Positions 36,289 through 40,135 of a stretch of 40,135 nucleotides of DNA are shown piece by piece. The notes beneath the pieces were generated by a model, which was not told the origin of the DNA, searched no databases, and saw only the letters and a program-made list of their open reading frames with translations. Source of the stretch: an uncultured Candidatus Saccharibacteria bacterium (GTDB taxonomy: Bacteria; Patescibacteriota; Minisyncoccia; Minisyncoccales; GWA2-38-27). Each line of letters begins with the position of its first letter. The stretch's first letter is position 1. The stretch covers positions 1 to 40,135 of the forward strand of contig CAZPFE010000001.1 of NCBI GenBank assembly GCA_964585805.1, read 5' to 3'. The position numbers were made by a program, and so were the translations under genes.

Positions 36289-37245
36289 TTAATATTGCTT
36301 AACCGCTATTCCATATTTTCTTGCTTCTTCAGCGTAAAATTTCTGAATTTGGGCGGAAGAAAGAGCTCCTTTATAAATACGAACATTATCAATAGACCCT
36401 TTAAAAGAAAAACTAGTATTACCGCTCCATCCACAACCATATGGATAAAGTGTCCCAATAGATAAAGGTCTATTAGCATCTCCTCTGCTAGGATTCCAAT
36501 TATTAATATTATGTGTACTATTTTTAACTAATTCTCCATTAAAGTATATTTTAACATTTTTATTGCTTCCAGTTAAAACAATGACTATATTATTCCATTT
36601 ATCAACAAAAAGCGCTTTACCACTATTAACAGACCAGCCAGTAGATCCAACTAAATATACAGTTATTGTTTTGTTTGATTTATAGACAATTCTATAATTA
36701 TACTGGCCGCTCCCATTCCATGGTTTTGAAATTAAATCTCCATTCGACTCTCCAGAAAACGGTTTTACCCAAAGAGAAATTGTAAAATCACCACCTCTAT
36801 ATTCGAAATCACTAAAACTATTAGAATAAGGGATATAAACCATATCATTTACTCCATCAAATCTTAATGAATATTTATTTTTGTTCGGAGTATCAGTATT
36901 ATAAATAGCCCCACAAATAGTTCCGTTATGTCCATAACCACTAGAATCTTTAGCAATAGTACCACTTCCTTCATCAAATTCCCATTCTCCAATTAATTGA
37001 TCACCAATAGAATGTTTAACTTCTGCTTCAAATTGTAAACCTGCTGCTCTTTTTGCTTTTTCTCTTGCTCCTTTGAGAGAAACCATTACTATACTTGATA
37101 ATAATCCTATTATTGCTATTACTACTAACAACTCTATTAAAGTAAAGGCCTTTGGTGATAGTGATGATTTTATTGGAAATAGTGTTTTTATTTTTTCTTT
37201 TTGAAAGTTTATTATCTTTTTTAATTCTTTTATCCTTTGTTGCAT
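36289..37245 (-). CDS. Prepilin-type protein with a LamG/concanavalin-A-like lectin domain (318 aa)
   Basis: SLSPKA|FTLIELLVVIAIIGLLSSIV is a pilin N-terminus. Laminin_G_3-like features include LRFDGVNDMVYIP, DFTISLWVKP, WNNIVIVLTG, IYFNGELV and SIDNVRIYKGALS. Confidence 0.75.
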   Translation of the reverse strand: MQQRIKELKKIINFQKEKIKTLFPIKSSLSPKAFTLIELLVVIAIIGLLSSIVMVSLKGAREKAKRAAGLQFEAEVKHSIGDQLIGEWEFDEGSGTIAKDSSGYGHNGTICGAIYNTDTPNKNKYSLRFDGVNDMVYIPYSNSFSDFEYRGGDFTISLWVKPFSGESNGDLISKPWNGSGQYNYRIVYKSNKTITVYLVGSTGWSVNSGKALFVDKWNNIVIVLTGSNKNVKIYFNGELVKNSTHNINNWNPSRGDANRPLSIGTLYPYGCGWSGNTSFSFKGSIDNVRIYKGALSSAQIQKFYAEEARKYGIAVKQY

Positions 37246-37272
37246 AATTCTGTTGATTGCTGTTCTATTTTA

Positions 37273-37562
37273 ATCCCCATCCCCCTCCTTTTTCCTCCCC
37301 TTTTCTCTTTTCCTCTCCTCCCCCTCCTTTGGAGGGGGAGGATTAAGGAGGGGGTGGTTTTTATTCCCCATCCCCCTCCTCACCTCCCCCTTCCCAAAGG
37401 GAAGGGGGAGGATTTGAATAAAAAGGAAGGGGAGGATTAGATGAGATGTTTTTTCTTTCCAAAAGGGAAAGAAGAGAGGAAGGGAGAGAAGAGGAGTTTT
37501 TTCTTCTTAAAAGAATAATAAAAAATTAAAAAGATTCTATCAAGGAGAGGAGGATTGAAGAG
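37273..37562. repeat. GC-rich composite palindromic element, copy R4 (B-flank remnant, modules A + B, purine-rich tail)
   Basis: Flank remnant ATCCCCATCCCCCTCCTTTTTCCTCCCC at 37273-37300. Module A at 37316-37342. Module B at 37383-37411 (loop AAA). Degenerate GGAGGATTAG/GGAGGATTGAAG tails extend to ~37562. Confidence 0.9.
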
Positions 37563-37621
37563 ATATTTTTTCCTTTTTTCTTTTCATTTTGTCGCCGAAC
37601 TGATTGGATAGTGCAAATAAA

Positions 37622-38638
37622 CTATATATTCATTCTTTTTCCAATATAATCAGTAAAATCTGCCAACCGAGATGAATAACCATATTCATTATCATACCAA
37701 GCTAAAACTTTAACAAGATTATCCTTAACCATAGTTTCGTTTAAATCTAAAATTGAAGAATATTCTTCTCCTTTAAAATCAGTAGAAACTAAAGGATCCT
37801 CTTCTACTCTAAATATCCCCTGAAAATTACTTTCTTTTGCCGCTTTTTTAAAAACTTCGTTAACTTCTTCTTTTGAAGTACTTCTTTCTACTTCAACAAT
37901 TAAATCTAACAAAGAAACAGTTGGACTTGGCACTCTAACTGCTATCCCATCTAATTTACCATTAACCTCAGGAATTACTTTGCCAATTGCTTTCGCCGCT
38001 CCTGTGGTTGTGGGGATAATATTTAAAGCAGCTGCTCTTGCTCTTCGCAAATCTTTATGAGGTAAATCCAAAATACGCTGGTCATTAGTATAACTATGAA
38101 CTGTTGTCATAAATCCTTTTACTATCCCGAAATTATCATTTATAATTTTAACGATTGGCGCTAAACAATTAGTTGTACAAGAACCCATATCAACAATTTT
38201 ATCCTGATTAGAATTAAACTTGTCTGCATTAACACCTAAAACAAAACTTGGTATTTCTTCTGATTTTGCCGGAGCAGATATTATAACTTTTTTTGCTCCT
38301 GCTTTTAAATGTTTACTTGCTCCTTCTAAATCTCTAAAATGTCCTGTACACTCCACTACTATATCTACTCCTAATTCCTTCCAAGGCAGTTTTTCAGGAT
38401 CCATTTCTGCAAAAACAGGAATTTTTTTTCCTTCTATATAAATATTTTTTTCATCAAAATCTATTTCTTTCTCATACTTACCGTAAACAGAATCGTATTT
38501 TAAAAGATGAACAAGAGTTTTATTATCAGTTAAATCATTAATAGCGACTACTTCCAAGTTAGGATATCTTTCTATTATTTTTCTAAATACTGGTCGGCCA
38601 ATCCGACCCAAGCCATTAATCGCTACTTTTATAGCCAT
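37622..38638 (-). CDS. gap: Type I glyceraldehyde-3-phosphate dehydrogenase
   Basis: INGLGRIGR Rossmann N-terminus, active site SCTTNCLAP, and C-terminal WYDNEYGYS. Confidence 0.95.
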   Translation of the reverse strand: MAIKVAINGLGRIGRPVFRKIIERYPNLEVVAINDLTDNKTLVHLLKYDSVYGKYEKEIDFDEKNIYIEGKKIPVFAEMDPEKLPWKELGVDIVVECTGHFRDLEGASKHLKAGAKKVIISAPAKSEEIPSFVLGVNADKFNSNQDKIVDMGSCTTNCLAPIVKIINDNFGIVKGFMTTVHSYTNDQRILDLPHKDLRRARAAALNIIPTTTGAAKAIGKVIPEVNGKLDGIAVRVPSPTVSLLDLIVEVERSTSKEEVNEVFKKAAKESNFQGIFRVEEDPLVSTDFKGEEYSSILDLNETMVKDNLVKVLAWYDNEYGYSSRLADFTDYIGKRMNI

Positions 38639-38672
38639 ATTTTTAGTTAATTTTTAATTTTATAATTTAAAG

Positions 38673-38912
38673 TTACTCTTTAATTCCTAATAACCGGCAA
38701 ATTTTTTCTTTATCAAAACCAATAATAATTTCTCCATCAATATCAACCACTGGCACACCCATTTGACCTGATTTTTCCCTCATCTCTTTTTGCGCTTCTT
38801 TATCTTCTAAAATATTAACATCTTCAAATTCAATATTATGTTCTTTTAAAAATTCTTTTAAAGTAAAACAATAAGGACAAGTTGGTGTGGAGTAAATTTT
38901 TATTTTTGGCAT
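38673..38912 (-). CDS. Glutaredoxin-like protein (YruB/NrdH-like, CPYC)
   Basis: 79 aa with IKIYSTPTCPYC, GVPVVDIDGEIIIGFD (cis-Pro and GxD of the thioredoxin fold). Confidence 0.85.
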   Translation of the reverse strand: MPKIKIYSTPTCPYCFTLKEFLKEHNIEFEDVNILEDKEAQKEMREKSGQMGVPVVDIDGEIIIGFDKEKICRLLGIKE

Positions 38913-38952
38913 ACACTCTTTTTTATTTTTTTATTATCTATATTATTTTTTT

Positions 38953-40032
38953 CTAATTACCACAACCTCCACTACCAGAAGAGCCTGACGAATAATCCTT
39001 TGAAAAGCCAATGTCTGCTTGAGCGGTTGTCAATTGTTGATCACAAACACCCGGCTCCTGAGAAAAACCGCAACACAACAACTCTTTTACTGCTTCGGCG
39101 CTTCTTCCTCCAAAATTAAATTCACTTTCTTTATTTCCATTAAGTATTAAAGTGGGAGAACCTGTGATTCCATATTTTTTTTCTAAAGAAAAATCCTCTT
39201 TTGCATACTTCAATCCCCTATTCGCATCACTCATACATTCATCTAATTGAGATAAATTAATACCTACTTTTTGCAAGCAATTTGAACTTTCGCCTTTTTG
39301 AATATAACAAGAAACATAATCCCAATATTTATCTCCTTGCTCCTCTCTAATACAAATTTGTCTTAAATTTTCTTGAGCCTCTTTATCACCATGCATTGAA
39401 GTAATTTTCCCATTGACTATTTCTCCTAAATATCTTACTTTTACATCTTTTATTAAAGAAGGAATTTTTTTATTAATTTCACTTAAAATTCTCTGCATTT
39501 GCAAACCAAAAGGACAATTGCTTACCACAAAAGCTTGTAATAAAGGAGTATCTAATTTCTTAATTGCTTGGCAGGATTCTTTTGAGTTTTTCTTATTATT
39601 AGTAGAATTATTATCAGAATTATTTTGATTACTTGCTAAATTTTCTTCTATATTAAAACGTTCAGGATAAAAATACTTACCATCTAAAGTAACATAACTT
39701 GTAAGATTGGTCCCCCCTAAACTAACCGTTACCTTATACAAACCTTTATCTACAGAATCTTTTTCTACATTTACTAAAGAAACTTTTAACCTTCCTTTAA
39801 GAAGGATGTTATTAATAAAATTAACCGTTCTTTCACCTATTTCTTGAGGAGGCAAAACATTCTTTTTCTCTTTTTTATAAAAAAACCAACCAGCTGTTGC
39901 TAATCCTCCTAAAACAAAAATTAAAAGTAAAAGTAAAACTATTTTTCTTTTCTTTTTTTTAGTTAAAAATTTAGCATTGTTTTCTTTCTCTATTTTTGAA
40001 TTTGACTCTGAAGATATATTTTCTTTAAACAT
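38953..40032 (-). CDS. Membrane-anchored DsbA-like thioredoxin-fold protein with monothiol CPFG motif
   Basis: Has an N-terminal TM and an Asn/Ser-rich linker. The DsbA/Thioredoxin_4-like pattern is FVVSNCPFGLQMQ...QGDKYWDYVSC...KYGITGSPTLILNG, which includes the cis-Pro. Gly occupies the second position where the CxxC Cys is expected. Many additional Cys residues and a Gly/Ser-rich C-terminus. Confidence 0.6.
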   Translation of the reverse strand: MFKENISSESNSKIEKENNAKFLTKKKKRKIVLLLLLIFVLGGLATAGWFFYKKEKKNVLPPQEIGERTVNFINNILLKGRLKVSLVNVEKDSVDKGLYKVTVSLGGTNLTSYVTLDGKYFYPERFNIEENLASNQNNSDNNSTNNKKNSKESCQAIKKLDTPLLQAFVVSNCPFGLQMQRILSEINKKIPSLIKDVKVRYLGEIVNGKITSMHGDKEAQENLRQICIREEQGDKYWDYVSCYIQKGESSNCLQKVGINLSQLDECMSDANRGLKYAKEDFSLEKKYGITGSPTLILNGNKESEFNFGGRSAEAVKELLCCGFSQEPGVCDQQLTTAQADIGFSKDYSSGSSGSGGCGN

Positions 40033-40082
40033 ATATAATTTCTATTTTTTAATTTATAATTGCCAACCAATTTTGATTATTT

Positions 40083-40135
40083 TAATCCCCATCCCCCTCC
40101 TTTTTCCTCCCCCTTCCCAAAGGGAAGGGGGAGGA
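40083..40135. repeat. GC-rich palindromic element, copy R5 (module B), truncated by the window end
   Basis: AATCCCCATCCCCCTCCTTTTTCCT flank (matches 37272-37296 exactly; the next bases also agree apart from a one-C difference in the C-run) followed by module B at 40106-40134 (loop AAA). Confidence 0.85.

Noticed and set aside
29835-37562. Possibility that the recurring GC-rich repeats are a CRISPR array
   Set aside because: - The copies are palindromic modules of two types at irregular spacing, separated by whole genes.
- There are no unique spacers of regular length and no cas genes in the window.
1-40135. Alternative genetic code (UGA recoded as Gly, as in some CPR lineages)
   Set aside because: All conserved genes (ribosomal proteins, EF-Tu, EF-G, GyrA, GAPDH) are full length and uninterrupted under the standard code.

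Overview
This is an AT-rich (roughly 30% GC by eye) bacterial fragment read in the standard genetic code. Gene content looks like a small-genome Patescibacteria/CPR-type organism. That assignment is inference from gene content only, since no database search was possible. All calls rest on recognising motifs in the supplied translations.

(1) 39-14005, minus strand: a complete, tightly packed str-S10-spc ribosomal superoperon. The order is rpsL-rpsG-fusA-tuf-rpsJ-rplC-rplD-rplW-rplB-rpsS-rplV-rpsC-rplP-rpmC-rpsQ-rplN-rplX-rplE-rpsN-rpsH-rplF-rplR-rpsE-rplO. No rpmD (L30) lies between rpsE and rplO. Several proteins are unusual: L24 has a Cys4 tail and L23 has an ~85-aa Lys/Glu-rich extension.

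(2) 14195-19062: a cell-surface island. It holds two FN3/Ig-like paralogous surface proteins, a GC-rich compositional-outlier gene with a Cys/Gly/Pro-rich tail, a sortase, a CAP/SCP-domain protein and a small unknown protein.

(3) 19108-27059: housekeeping genes. These are tRNA-Glu, tsaD, a PrsW-like protease, Hsp20, tRNA-Leu, two tandem VirB2/TrbC-like small membrane proteins, a SAM methyltransferase, gyrA, a degenerate MBL-fold protein and tRNA-Arg.

(4) 27064-37245: a type IV pilus-like locus. It contains pilM-pilN-pilO, a PilX-like protein, three large prepilin-type proteins with adhesin-like domains, and pilC.

(5) 37622-40032: gap, a glutaredoxin-like protein and a membrane-anchored DsbA-like protein.

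The most striking unexplained signal is a family of perfectly palindromic, almost pure G/C composite repeats. There are two hairpin modules with shared flanks. They fill every long spacer of the pilus locus (29.9, 32.7, 34.9 and 37.3 kb), and the window ends inside another copy at 40.1 kb. They are not coding, not CRISPR-like and not canonical terminators.
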